From NCBI GenBank assembly GCA_950097015.1, contig CATNEN010000038.1, positions 3,410,001 to 3,474,000 of the forward strand: DNA of 64,000 bases, written 5' to 3'. Below the pieces are notes generated by a model. That model was given only the letters and a program-made list of their open reading frames with translations, did not search any database and had not been told where the DNA came from. A program made the position numbers and the translations under genes. Below are positions 26,074 through 38,502 of this stretch, piece after piece. Source of the DNA: Macrostomum hystrix. Taxonomy: Eukaryota; Animalia; Platyhelminthes. Positions within the stretch are counted from its first letter, which is position 1. Every line of letters begins with the position of its first letter.

Positions 26074-29000
26074 TGCAGGAGGGCTGCGCGCAGTGGCACA
26101 TCATTTGGTGACACTAGACCCGCAGCCAGCGAGGAGGCAATTCTGCCCATTTCGCTGACTCCTGAGCACACACGCACACAGATACTGTACGCAGGCACAC
26201 GCTCACACAAGTGTGTACATCTGCCCTGACTTTCTCATCGTCAGGCAGTGTACACTCTCACTGTGCCTTGGAGGTTGGCCCTCAAGGGCGTAAATTCCAA
26301 GACAAGCCCCCAAGCCTTCTCTCCGCGGCTGCGCCCAAAATGAATGTGGCCTCGCCGCGGAATCGAGCTCAGGGACCTTGGCACCAGACACTGCTCTGCC
26401 AGCGATTTTTAAGACAGCACAGGTTGGACAGTTGGTTAATATGTAAAATGATCAAGCTAAAGTAATTGGATATTGTTGCCTGCGAGTACAAGAACTCACA
26501 TCTCGATGCAGTCGGTCAACTTCGGATTCGACAGGGAAGCTCGGGCCGAACAGGGCGTCCGCGCCGCCACTGCCGCCACTGAAATCTAGCAGCGTGCCAG
26601 ACGCGAACGGCTGCTGCTGCTGCTGCGACTGGGGCGGCGGCAGCGGCGGTGGCGGCGAAGACATTGTCAGCTGCTGCATGCCAGCCAGCTCGGGCACCCA
26701 GGTGGACGGGTCCTCCTGCGCGAAATGGTTCCGAAAATAATCCAGGTTAGGCGCTGGCGAACTCAGCAACTTAAGAATGTAAAATCTAAGAGATTTAAAA
26801 ACGCATTCTTTTATATTTGGACCAGGATTCGGCCAGATTTGAAGATCTGAGTATTTGAGGATCTGAGCTGAATTTGAGGATTCGCCAGGATTTGAATATC
26901 TGAGCAAGTTTTGGCGGGATTTGAGTATGATTTAAGAATCTGAGCAGGATTTGAATAGGATTTGAGCTTCTGATAAGGATTTGGTGGGATTTGAGGATCT
27001 GACAGGATTGTGCAGGATTTGAGCAAGATTTGAGGATCTGAGCCGGATTCGAGGATCTGAGCAGGATTCGAGGATCTGAGCAGGATTCGAGGATCTGAAA
27101 AGGATTCGAGAATCTGAGCAGGATTCGAGGATCTGAGCAGGATTCGAGGATCTGGGAAGGATTTGAGGATCTAAGCAAGACATAATAATATCTTAAGGGT
27201 TCAAATTAAAAGCAAACATGAGAGACACCTTATCGTCATCATCCTCTTCGTCCTTGCCATCGTCGGGCGAAGCGGCGCCGGCACCTGCCACGGTGCTAAC
27301 CACCGGAGCCCGGTGATGACTGAGGTCGGATGAAACCAGAAAGTTTGGCGGATTATCCGGTAGCTGGGGCACAGTGACCAGGTTCTTGTAGTACTGCAGG
27401 TTGTAGCAGGTGTCGTAGAAAACTTTCAATTCTCGAAAACTCTTCAAAAAGCGCTCCTTGTGGCCAGTCAGGGTGTCGGTTGGCAGGTTGGCGTGCAGAC
27501 GGAACAGAATCTTCACCAGCGCGTCATAGAGACCGGCCGAATCCTGCGGGGTGCGTTCACCATTTAGAACTATCTGAATCCCAAATCATCCCACCCGAAT
27601 CCCGAATCATCCCACCCGAATCCCGAATCATCCCACACGAATCCCAAATCATCCTACCCGAATCCCAAATCATCCCACCCGAATTTCAAATTACCCTACC
27701 CGAATCCCAAATCATCTTACCCGAATCCCAAATCATCCCACCCGAATCCCAAATCATCCCACCCGAATCCCAAATCATCCCACCCGAATCCCAAATCATC
27801 CCACCCGAATCCCAAATCATCTTACCCAAATCCCAAATCATCCCACCCGAATCCCAAATCATCCCACCCGAATCCCAAATCATCTTACCCAAATCCCAAA
27901 TCATCCCACCCGAATCCCAAATCATCCCACCCGAATCCCAAATCATCTTACCCGAATCCCAAACCATCCCACCCGAATCCCAAATCATCCTACCCGAATC
28001 CCAAATCATCCCACCCGAATCCCAAATCATCCCACCCGAATCCCAAACCATCCCACCCGAATCCCAAATCATCTTACCCGAATCCCAAATCATCCTACCC
28101 GAATCCCAAATCATCCCACCCGAATCCCAAATCATCCCACCCGAATCCCAAATCATCCCACCCGAATCCCAAATCATCCCACCCGAATCCCAAATCATCC
28201 CACCCGAATCCCAAATCATCCCACCCGAATCCCAAATCATCTTACCCGAATCCCAAACCATCCCACCCGAATCCCAAATCATCCCACCCGAATCCCAAAT
28301 CATCCCACCCGAATCCCAAATCATCCCACCCGAATCCCAAATCATCCCACCCGAATCCCAAATCATCTTACCCGAATCCCAAACCATCCCACCCGAATCC
28401 CAAATCATCCTACCCGAATCCCAAATCATCCCACCCGAATCCCAAATCATCCCACCCGAATCCCAAATCATCCCACACGAATCCCGAATCATCCCACACG
28501 AATCCCAAATCATCCTACCCGAATCCCAAATCATCCCACCCGAATTTCAAATTACCCTACCCGAATCCCAAATCATCCCACCCGAATCCCAAACCATCCC
28601 ACCCGAATCCCGAATCATCCCACCCGAATCCCAAATCATCCCACCCGAATCCCGAATCATCCCACACGAATCCCAAATCATCCTACCCGAATCCCAAATC
28701 ATCCCACCCGAATTTCAAATTACCCTACCCGAATCCCAAATCATCCCACCCGAATCCCAAATCATCCCACCCGAATCCCAAATCATCCCACCCGAATCCC
28801 AAATCATCCCACCCGAATCCCAAATCATCCCACCCGAATCCCAAATCATCCCACCCGAATCCCAAATCATCCCACCCGAATCCCAAATCATCCCACCCGA
28901 ATCCCAAATCATCCCACCCGAATCCCAAATCATCCCACCCGAATCCTGAAAGTTTTCGCCTGAATATTCTCCTCTAAAACATCTGTTATAATTGCCGAAT

Positions 29001-31036
29001 CAAGTCAGAGAGGCAGCTCACCTGCAGGCACTGGATCAAAGGTGACAGCTTGCACTGGCCGTGAAGGGTCATAGAATTGGCCTTGGATTTGTCCAGCGAG
29101 GAGAAAACTGCATTTTGCAGCACCAACAATTCGTCCAGGTAATCCAACAGATCCACCGACAATTCGAAATAATTATCGATGCTGTTCTGCGTCAGACTAG
29201 CCATCGCTTCCGGCGTTAGTGCCATTGTGCCCGGCACATCCGGGTACTTCTTGTGATATTTCAGCTTGGCGACAACAAGGCGAGCGAAGGCCTGGATTGG
29301 CCGGCCGTAGCCGTCTTTCAAATGGCCCTGCGGATTGGAGAAATATGAATTATGATAGGCCTTCATCTTGTGAACATGATCGCAATTAAACTTGTGATAT
29401 TCGACTATGAAGGTCGATTTTTAGGAATGATGAATTAAATGCTTCATGAAGTTTTCATTTTAGGAATACAAAGCCTGCATTCTCATTATTTACAATTTTT
29501 CATTTAGCTAAACTAATACTTACCCATAACTTGGCTAGCTCGCCAAGAAACACAATTTGAGCTTCAGAGTCAGCTAGTGACTGAAAACAAGAAAATAACG
29601 CTTTCAGTAAATTGCAATAGTCGTTTCATTAAATCACAACAAATGACTGATAAGTTACAGACCCTGTGGTGACCCTCGCGAAGGATCTTATGCAACACAT
29701 GGAGAAACTTCCAGCAGACAATGGGGTGACCCTGCAATGGCAGTTTAAGTGCTATGCTCCAAAATAGGCGGGCGCTCTCATCCTTGTAGGTGCCCATCAG
29801 GATAGTGCGCACATGCTTCTCCTTGGTTGGGCCTTCCTCTTTGTTGATGGCCTTCTGGATGTGCAGCGACTGGCATTGGTTGTGAATTGTGAATGTTAGA
29901 AACAGAGTCACTTGCTGAACTATGATACAAGAAAACTAAAAATAAAAAAAATTTAATCTTCAAGTCGATTTTAAACAAAAGCATAAAAAGACAAAATACT
30001 TTTAATTAAAATATATTTATATTATATACATGATAAACAAGAAAAATTTTTATGCAATATAACTCCAAACTGGAATTTTGCTTTTTGTTATGGCAAATCA
30101 ATAAACTAAAAATCTTCAAATTTAGTTTTCTGTTTTAGTTTCAATGATATAGCTTGAATATTTTAGAAAGTCAAATGTTAATAATAACAATTATGTGTAC
30201 TAACTTTACTTAGTATGATACAACATTTATATATGTTAGATAAACTATCTCGTTAGATTTTGGACTACAAATGCAATGTTAATTTTTATCTAAAGGAGAA
30301 AATTGAAACAGCTAGCTAGTGCTAGTTAAAAAAGTGTGAACATCTGTCAAGTGTGTAGGAAAACTTACACACTTATCCTAGGTGCACAAAAAACTGATTG
30401 TTGGCAATTGTTGGCATTGGCATTTTTTAGCAAGTCTATTGAAATACTTGCATGATTTTTTGTTTTGTCTACAAAATATTGTCTGCTTAAGGGAAATCTA
30501 TTGGCCTGCAAGCATGTACAGGACCCATCTGAGAGACCCCCATGGCCATTATCAACAATAGGGCTTGTCTAGATATTAAACAGATAGTATAGCTATAAAA
30601 AAATAATTTTAAATTGCTAACAAGTGAATTTTACAAAAAAGGATTTTGTAAATCATGATGGATAAAATGCCATTAGGTAGCTACACTTAATAAAATTGGA
30701 TTCTAAAATTAACAAAGAAATTAAAAGGTCTGTTTTAAACTGCTTATCTATTGCAGAGTTGACATATTAGCTAGCTAGCTGGGACAAAATTGACAAGCTA
30801 GTACGCAAATTTAAATTGATGGTGTTAACAAGCTAATAATAGCCTTATTATCATTCTTTTTTGTAGTATGACATTTATCATAACCAAATAAAACGAGCTG
30901 CATGGGTGTTTCTTAAATAATTACTACAAGCACCAAAAAAACCAAGCCTTCTCACCATCGCTTTCTCATAGTTCTCGCGTTCTATTTCATATGCTGTTTT
31001 GCGCCGATTTAAAGCTTGCTGAATTTTTGTTGCCAT
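9046..31036 (-). CDS. HIP1: Huntingtin-interacting protein 1 / HIP1R / Sla2 family (ANTH domain, coiled coil, I/LWEQ-THATCH domain)
   Basis: Frame-consistent GT-AG exons: 30956-31036 (MATKIQQ..ERENYEKAM), 29663-29869 (KAINKEEGPTKEKHVR..WKFLHVLHKILREGH), 29524-29580, 29022-29327, 27229-27543, 26500-26769, 25929-26021, 25714-25839, 24459-24927, 24067-24156, 23781-23981, 10725-11256 (EFYQKHSRWTEGLISAAKAV), 10196-10598 (IAASTAQLVVASRVKA). It ends either by read-through to the stop at 10175 or by splicing to 9046-9069 (QPGGGGN*). Motifs match HIP1/HIP1R as I recall them. Confidence 0.95.
9498..9885. repeat. 20-21-bp minisatellite (AACAGTCTGTCTAACACCCCT)n
   Basis: Tandem copies near the 3' end of HIP1. 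Confidence 0.9.
10020..10082 (-). mobile_element. 3' fragment of SINE family A
   Basis: TGTTCAGTCCATGGAC..GCCACA matches the 5724 and 54605 copies. Confidence 0.5.
10620..10715. repeat. (GACA/GGCA)n microsatellite in a HIP1 intron
   Basis: Tetranucleotide repeats fill intron 10599-10724. Confidence 0.9.
11978..12172 (+). mobile_element. Diverged tRNA-derived SINE related to family A
   Basis: B box GGTTCGAATCC at 12017-12027, then ACCCAGCTGTAAAATGGGT (CORE-like 3' part) and AGTCCACGGACTGAAC. Confidence 0.7.
12303..12965 (+). mobile_element. tRNA-derived SINE (family B) with an internal 50-bp tandem expansion
   Basis: A box TGGCACAGCGG and B-box-like AGCTCGATTCC. The body is homologous to 26043-26395. 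About 8 copies of a 50-bp unit lie at 12488-12877. Confidence 0.85.
13335..14406. repeat. 34-bp minisatellite (GAAATGCTTCAGGAATCACCGCTGCCTGCAACCC)n
   Basis: About 31 tandem copies in the large HIP1 intron. Confidence 0.95.
14962..16345. repeat. 28-bp minisatellite (TCATGTCTCCTGACTCATCTATCATGTS)n
   Basis: About 49 tandem copies. Confidence 0.95.
16890..23530. repeat. 35-bp satellite (AATTACCTAGATAACACATCCTCAAACTATTGGAY)n with 32-bp variants and higher-order structure
   Basis: About 6.6 kb, roughly 190 copies. Diagnostic variants recur at 2184-bp and 1032-bp offsets. Confidence 0.97.
24235..24432. repeat. ~22-bp purine-rich minisatellite (GGGTGAGAAAGACAAGGG..)
   Basis: Tandem copies in a HIP1 intron. 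Confidence 0.85.
25050..25605. repeat. 30-bp purine-rich minisatellite (GGAGGAGGGGGAGAATGGGGTAGAAGGAAA)n
   Basis: Tandem copies in a HIP1 intron. Confidence 0.9.
26043..26395 (-). mobile_element. tRNA-derived SINE (family B) with (TTA)n tail
   Basis: The reverse complement aligns with 12303-12965 once the 50-bp expansion is removed. It ends in CCTCCTGCAA followed by (TTA)~10. Confidence 0.85.
26838..27178. repeat. 19-bp minisatellite (GGATTCGAGGATCTGAGCA)n, degenerate
   Basis: Tandem copies in a HIP1 intron. Confidence 0.85.
27576..28946. repeat. 21-bp minisatellite (GAATCCCAAATCATCCCACCC)n
   Basis: About 65 copies filling intron 27544-29021. Source of the spurious PESQIIP ORF. Confidence 0.95.
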
Positions 31037-32395
31037 TTTTTGCAGTGAAAAAAAACTAACTTCACACAGGAAAAGCAGACTGGAGAGATTGTGACTAGAC
31101 TAATTACAAAGTCTGATATTCGTTTTTTAACAGGTACTCAAGATATCAGTCAGTCAAGCAGTCAGTCTTTTCATTGGTTAGATATAAAAAAGCGAGCCCT
31201 ATAAATAATAAGCAAGAGCGTGAAATTCCAGGACAGTTCAGTGTTATTTGGAAATAATTATAGCTATGTTTTGTATGTTCTGTTTGAGCTCTGCCTACGC
31301 CTATTATATATAGCTTATATGAATTTTTTTATTTCTTAATTTTACCCGAGTTTGGCAAGAAAATATATAGCAGCTGCAATTTTTTTGCTTTGCATATTAT
31401 TTTAAATAGAAACTTCGTTGTCAAATTGTCAACGTCTGAAATGTTTCGTTTTCCGGGAAAACTTCATCGATTTAAAAAGCCGCCATTGATAACCCGGGTC
31501 GATCTAAATTACACAGTAAATCAAATGGTTTTTATTTTTGGTTGTTTGGCTCAGATAGATAGAAATGTATATTTTTAAATCGCTTTTTGTGCAAATATAT
31601 AAACTAAGCAGTTAAACAGACCTCCATTCAACACATTGCGTCTTCTGCACCAATAAATACTGAAAGGTGCTTTTCGTAAGTTTTAACAGTGCTCCAAAAC
31701 CTGTGCCAGTAATAGTCGAACTCGAATAATTGTTATTACTGCGAGAGAAAAAAATTATTTCTAAGATGTTTGTACTTTTACTTTGTATGATTTTATGTGC
31801 TACAATGCGTCCGTTATTTGCAAGTAAGTTAGTATTGCCAGATTTTATATTCTTAATGATTTCTTGATGAATAAAGATTTTGTCAACACGAACCTGCAGC
31901 GGCATTTTTATTTGCTGGCAATGACTCCTGACTGCAAACGTCACTTTGTAATGCGTAATCCAGCTTGTCTTCAAAAAATGTATTGTAGGCCACGCACTCG
32001 AAGAAATTATGCTCTGGGCCGCAATTACGGTCGCATGCCATTTTACAATAGCTACTAATGTAACGTAGCTATTTTAGTTTTTTCTACGTTTGGCTTATAT
32101 TTTCAGCGTCTACTTTAGTAATATTTGACCAATCTATAACAAATGTTACCTAAAAGCATATATGCATTTTATGAGTATTTAAAGACTCGTGTAAGAGAAT
32201 TTGTAACTCTACTATAGTAAGAAATTATTCAGAACAAAAGGCTGGCATATAATTAAAAAGGATCAAAAGGAACGAATTAAGAAATTAGTATTTGTACTAG
32301 TTAAAGTTGTAATCTATGACGAGCTGTTTATTTGCAACTGTACATACTTCTTGACGACGAGTCAGCTTTAATTAACTTTTTTCTTTTTGTTTAAG

Positions 32396-33376
32396 ATCTA
32401 AACACAATGCGACTGGATTCAAGCATCTATGAATGTTCCTGGCAGTCCAGCAGCTACTTGCATAAATACTATGATACAATGCATAACGGAAAGAAAGAAG
32501 AAAGTATGCTTCTTTGCTTCGCCGCCCAACTCAATCGGAATGATTTATTTTACTTCCACACAGACAATGAAACAGATGGAGGCTCTCATTGGCTTGTCGT
32601 TAAGCTAAAAAGACCATTTGCACTCCGACGAGTAATCATCAGGACGAGAGGTAACTGCAAAACATGTATGCATTTATCCGGTACATGACTTACTTGACAT
32701 GTACTTGACTATTTTGAGAATATACAATAACAATCAAGCACACATGATCGTCGGCAAGCTTTGATTTGTAGAAAACCTGATCGAAAACAATGACAATAAT
32801 CAAGCCATATTTAACCGTTCTATTGGAATTGAAGTCTTTGTGGCGACTCAAATCATCGACCTGGGCCTTAACAGAAATGACACCTGTAACTCGAGCAAAA
32901 TTTCAGCAGAATTTCAAAAAACCAAAAGCAGCTGGCAGTCATGCGGTCATACCGCAGGTTCAACAACTGGTCAGACCATTGATTTTTCACCACAAAACCT
33001 TTCCGTTCAATGTGCACGTCCGGTACGTATGCCTTCAACTAGATGCATTTACAGAAGCTGCAGATAAAAGATAGTAGAGAATTCTGTTAGATAGAAGACA
33101 GCCCTGTTAGATGCAATATAGCATTGTTAGATAAAAGAGAATCCTGTCAGACCGAATGAGTCCTGTCCTTGCCAGGTGCAGACCTGCATGCTGCTGCTCA
33201 GAAAAGCTGGCGTCAGGTTCGGTTCTTCCCTTGCCAACTACATGGGATTTTCTAACATGTGGCTTGAGCACGATGCGAACTCGGGTGAGCGCAAACTGGA
33301 TGAAAACTTCAAGGTGGTGGCAATTTAGAGAGAACAGAATACTATGGGAGAGTAGAGCAAATGGCAGAACAGCCAG

Positions 33377-33415
<39 letters not shown>

Positions 33416-35364
33416 GCGTCAAATCGGTTCCGTTTGCAGAAGCCAAGGACTGCGACTCACTGACACCGTCGACGCCGCAGAGCACATCACTGGAGCCAAC
33501 AACTAACGCATCGCCAGAGTCCACAGCTGGGACATCGCCGCAGTTCAACCACCAGCCGCCTCTCATTCAGCAAAGCGTGCAGTTGCTGCTTCTGGCTGCA
33601 GCTGTTCCAACCTTCATTGTCGTGTCTGCGATTCTCTTCCTTGTGTTCTTTTACAATCGAATGCAAGTGAGTCCTTTGGGAGAAAATGTGTGTTCTCAAG
33701 TAAGACACTCAACCCCGCATTACTTCCGTTCCAATAACGGTTAGCAGCATCAGTAGCAGTTTCTGTATGCAATACGCCAATATCTGAGGCTGAAAACCTA
33801 GCCCAACAGGACTAAGTATAAACTACGCTATAGCATACTGCACTGCAATTAAATAATTGCTTTTAATTAACAGTTATACAAATTTCTAAATATGTTCTTC
33901 TCTGCTTGGTCATGTATTTTCCGGGTTGGTTTGCAAATCAGATTTTTAAACAGGGACGCGCCGAGTTTGTCTTTAACGAAGATGGACGAATAAAGTTTAT
34001 TCAATTCGATTTAGATACAATTTAAGCTATTTAAATGTTTATCCAACGTGAAGGTATAAGGTTGATAAATTATCACAAAAGTTAGACTGAAGGAGTACTG
34101 ATTTGGTGTCAACTGCGGCTTTGATGCTAAAATTGCAGGGCTTTCCGGTTTCAAAATAATTTCAATTAGCTGAGAAATTTTCTAATTTATATATTATTCT
34201 TAAATCACAATCCATTAAGCATGCTCCTTTGGGGACAATATGAATACTTAGGCGGAAGGCCTTTTGTTAACGAGTAGGCGGGGCAGCGAAGTTCGCGTGC
34301 GAGATACACAGAAAACGCGAGAGCGAGATATAGGGGCCTAGGGAGGTGCGAAAGGGTGGCATCCTCAACTAGACTGAGGGGTTTTGGTGCAGCTGCACTG
34401 GCTCTGGCCGGTCGCGTTGTCCGCCACAATACAAAATATCTACGCGAAAGCATTGTGCCTAACAGGTCGAACATGTTCCAATGTGTACAATATATTGTGC
34501 CTAACAGGTCGAACATGTTCCAATGTGTACAATATATTGTATCTAACAGGTCGAACATGTTCCAATCAGTACAATATTGTATCTAACAGGTCGAACCTGT
34601 TCCAATCAGTACAATATTGCATCTAACATGTCGAGCCTGTTCCAATCAGTACAATATTGCATCTAACATGTCGAACCTGTTCCAATCAGTACAATATTGC
34701 ATCTAACATGTCGAACCTGTTCCAATCAGTACAATATTGCATCTAACATGTCGAACCTGTTCCAATCAGTACAATATTGCATCTAACATGTCGAACCTGT
34801 TCCAATCAGTACAATATTGCATCTAACATGTCGAGCCTGTTCCAATCAGTACAATCAGTACATCATTATGTCTAACAATTCTAACATGTTCCAATCGGTA
34901 CAATATTGTGTCTAACAGGTCTAACACATTCAAATGAGTGCAACATTGTGTCTAACGGATCCAGCATCAAATGTTTGCGTTATGTTGCTATATTTGCGCA
35001 AGCAACTACGTAATAAATTATTTAAATTATTATAGAAGATTCCTTTCACCTGGCTATTTTTATTTGCCATTCCATTTAATTTGTTACACCAAGCTCATTT
35101 GCTATTACTATATTATCGGAGCAGAATCATCGATTGCAACGTGCTGCTCAAACTACTGCTCAACGGCGGGACAAGGGCGAGGGCAGAACCAGACGGTCCA
35201 ACTTCAGCACTCTGTTCTTCAACCAGGTGATTGACTTTTTTAACTCGGATGCGACTTCTGGCCAGGCCGCTGCCGCTACAGCGCCTCCAGGCGACGAGGA
35301 AGCCTGCGTCTACGATGAGGTGCTGTTTGTTACCAAGGTGCCCCGAGACGAGTCTGAAAAATAA
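32396..35364 (+). CDS. Putative type I membrane protein: divergent F-type lectin/F5-8C-like ectodomain, Ser/Thr stalk, TM helix and Tyr-motif tail (5' end unresolved)
   Basis: Frame-consistent exons: 32396-32650 (FHTDNETDGGSHWLVVKLKRPFALRRVIIRTR), 32772-33022 (NRSIGIEVFV..WQSCG), 33176-33284, 33440-33666 (stalk, then LLLLAAAVPTFIVVSAILFLVFFY) and 35125-35364 (..CVYDEVLF..*). Confidence 0.7.
34452..34955. repeat. 40-bp minisatellite (TCTAACATGTCGAACCTGTTCCAATCAGTACAATATTGCA)n
   Basis: About 12 copies in the last intron of the receptor gene. Confidence 0.9.
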
Positions 35365-35539
35365 ATTTGAATATTTTGTCTGCACTAAAATCTTTATTCA
35401 AATATCCATAACAACCGCTAAAAGTAGGAAGATAAAGACAGAAGTAGCAAAAAAAATTGGTTACATCGTTACCAGCAAATTCATATGAGTTTTTTGTGTT
35501 TCGTACTACTTAATTCATTTAAAGACAAAGATAAAATTA

Positions 35540-36228
35540 CAATGGCGGATCTAGGGGGGGGGGGCGGGGGGGCAGCTGCCCCCCCGAACTTTTTAGTGGG
35601 GGGCATGCCCCCCCCCCCGAAAATGAAATTTTTTAAAAATAGTATCATGTCAAATGAGCATTTTCTGCATTTCTACAATGCATAGAGTGTTTCAGAAGGA
35701 CTTTATATTATTATTACTATACTATAACTTCCTGCAGAAAATTTTGAGCGATAAAATAAAATTACCGACTGTCTTATAATCTTAACTCTACGACTATGAT
35801 TCTTCTCAGAAAGTGGCACGTTTATTGAAGCGAGCGTAGCGTATAGTGTGAGTCGATTATAAAAATATGAAAATATAGAATATTAGATTAAGATTTAGGA
35901 TTATCATTTCCATTTTCCTATCACTTTTCCTCTTCACCCACCAAAAACTTTTCCATCGGGGGGCTCTGCTCCCCTGACCCCCTTTTTTATTCCATCATCA
36001 AATTTCCTTTCTCACGGACTCAGCGGTCATGTGAGTCATTGACAATAACATATGTCTCGTAACAGTTGTGCTCTAATATTTATACAGATAATTGTACACC
36101 ATGATAAACTGCACCTTTGCACACCTTTTTTTGAGAATGATGAAGGCACAAAGTCAAAGTCCTTACCGGGGTGGTCTGCCTTCATAAATTTTGCCCCCCC
36201 CCCGAAAAAAATCCTGGATCCGCGCCTC
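35540..36228. mobile_element. Non-autonomous hAT-like DNA transposon (MITE)
   Basis: Imperfect TIRs CAATGGCGGATCTAGG and CCTGGATCCGCGCCTC, with G/C-run subterminal motifs. Flanked by an exact 8-bp direct repeat TAAAATTA (35532-35539 and 36229-36236). Confidence 0.8.
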
Positions 36229-36841
36229 TAAAATTACATTATGAAATAAATGCTTTTAGTATAAATAACAATGACATAATACATCGTCATAAAAAACGAA
36301 AAAAAATAACACAGCATCTTCGAAGTTAATTTTGTGTTGCGTAATTTTTTTTTTGCTTTCTTTAACAGTTTTTCTTATATTTTCCATATATTGCAATTTT
36401 TGCTTTACATTCTTCTCTCGATTTAATATATTTGTTTACTCTAGTATTTTTAACTAATATCAAACAGTTTTCGATTTCAAACTGAAGACGATTCTTTGCT
36501 TAAAAGTTATAATGATATGTTATGTTTATGCTATGGCATATTGCTTATGGAAGACGGCGTCATCTGCTTTTTTTAAACACCAGAATCTTGTTTCTCGATG
36601 TTTTTTTATGAGCGTATTCACTTTAACTTTTTGTAAAATTATGATAACCTGGTAAAACGCTATTGTTTGTGCCCCAATGATTGGGTTTTTAAAGACAATA
36701 ATTTGGTTTTTATTTCATATACTTCTGTTTAAAAAAAGGGTGGAGTTTTCTCGCTTTTATTCAGCTTGAATCTATTAAGTAATAAACTCATTACCCGATT
36801 CACACCATTCGTTTTAAAGTATATTGTTTCTTAATTGATAT

Positions 36842-38502
36842 ATATATATAGAGACGCAGAAAGATAGTTAGCTTTTGCGCGCACGCGCTCGCAGAACAGT
36901 TGGGAGGGGCAGGCCATGGCGGACTGCATGGGGATCAAGTCCGATGGCCTGCAAGTCAGCCAACAGTGTGGCATTCAGCGTCACGGTTCTTCCTTGGCCG
37001 CGGCGCAGCCGCTCGGTCGGCTGGTGCAGGAGGACCAGCGCAAGCGGGTTTCGCTCGCCGCGACCGTGACTCCTCAGACAGTGGCCCAGCAGCATCTGGC
37101 GGCGCCGGCGCAGGGTGACGCTCAGGGCCGGGACGCTGGCACGAACCATCAGATCTCTGGACGGCAGCCTCTCCGGGTAGTGCACGCCCAGGGCGTGGCG
37201 CAGCAGAGACCTGTACAGCGCGTCCAGGGCCTTCTCTCGCGTTGCGGTCATCGGCATTGCTTCCATGCCGTACAGGAGGATAGGCTCAACGGCAGCGCGG
37301 AAGAGGCGCACCTTCAGGCTGTCTCTTGCAGCAGAGTTGAAGACGTTCCTGAGAAGGTGCACCGCGCGCCAGGCCTGATTCCTCCTGTCGGAGACGATGG
37401 AGTCGAAACTCATCACCAGGGAGCCGAGGTACCGAAAGTCCTCGCACACCGCGATGGCGTCTCCGTTGGGCAGATCTAGTGCCGGGGCGGTGTCAGTGCC
37501 CACGTGCAGCACTTCTGTCTTCAGTGCGTTGATCATCAGTCTAACCCGAGCGCCCTCCTCGAAGAGTCTTAAGAGAGCGCGTAGGGCAGCAGCTGGATCG
37601 CGACAGAGGAGTGCGATGTCGTCGGCATACGCAAGAGCCGGTAGCGGGACTGCAGGGTGTCGGGAGCTTCGACGTGGGACTAGCATATAGCCGTCGTCAT
37701 CTAGGAGAGACCGGCGCAGCACGTAGTCCACGACCATGATGAAAAGCAGAGGAGCCAGCGTGTCGCCCTGAAGGACGCAAGAGCTTGTGCTGAACTCATC
37801 AGTGGGGCCGTCGCTCGACTGAACAAATGCCCTGGAATCGCTGTACAGATCCATCACCGCAGCCACCAGTGCAGGGGGGGACGCCGTAGTAGGACAGCAG
37901 CCATGCAATCGCTGGCCTGGCCACCGAGTCGAAAGCCTTCCGGAAATCCACGAAGACAATCGACACGGAGCGCAGGCGGGTCTTGCAGGCCTCAATGATT
38001 GAGCGGATGGTTGCAACCTGCTCAGGGGTGGACCTGCCTGGCCGAAAACCGCTCTGGAGACTCAGCAGCAGTGGGTTGAGACCTGGCAGGAGGCGGTTGC
38101 GCAGCACTGCATTCAGCAGCTTTGCCGTGGTGCATTCCAGCGCAATGCCGCGCTGGTTGTCCAGGCTTGTAGAAGCCCCCTTCTTCGGGATGGAAACGAT
38201 CTTGGAGGTGCGCCATTGTGGGAGGAATCGAATCTACTCCAGCACGCATGGTCCTCAGAGCCCGGCCAACCTCGCTCGTTGTGATAGGGCCAACGTTGAA
38301 GACGCTAGGTTCTGCTGGGACAAAGTCCGGGATGGGCATAAGAGGTAAATTTTGAGCAGGAGCATTAAGCACATCGCGGTAGTGGTTGACCAGCTGAGTC
38401 TTGCGATGCTCGATGGAGTCCGCGCCAACAACTGCGCTAGGCCTGGGCTTCCTGCCAGTCAGCTGGTTGATGGCCCGCCAAGCAGCGCTGTGGCGGCAGT
38501 TT
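36842..38502 (-). mobile_element. 5'-truncated, frameshifted non-LTR retrotransposon (RTE-like reverse transcriptase)
   Basis: RT motifs across three frames: NQRGIAL, QSGFRPGRST, FVDFRKAFDSV, LQGDTLAPLLF, YADD, FRYLGS, ILLYG. Has a (TA)n 3' tail and a possible TSD ATTGATAT at 36834-36841 and 38503-38510. Confidence 0.9.

Noticed and set aside
26110-26150. GCCTCCTCGCTGGC on the minus strand, resembling the HDV ribozyme P3/L3 core
   Set aside because: I could not build P1, P2 or the catalytic J4/2 strand, and the downstream bases form a different hairpin.
26221-26255. CTGACGA-TGA-GAAA-GTC hammerhead-like words in SINE family B
   Set aside because: There is no stem II or III, the words are not conserved in the 12.4-kb copy, and the region is a simple hairpin.
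33372-33416. Splice acceptor within the (GACA)n microsatellite
   Set aside because: A better in-phase acceptor with a pyrimidine tract exists at 33439/33440.
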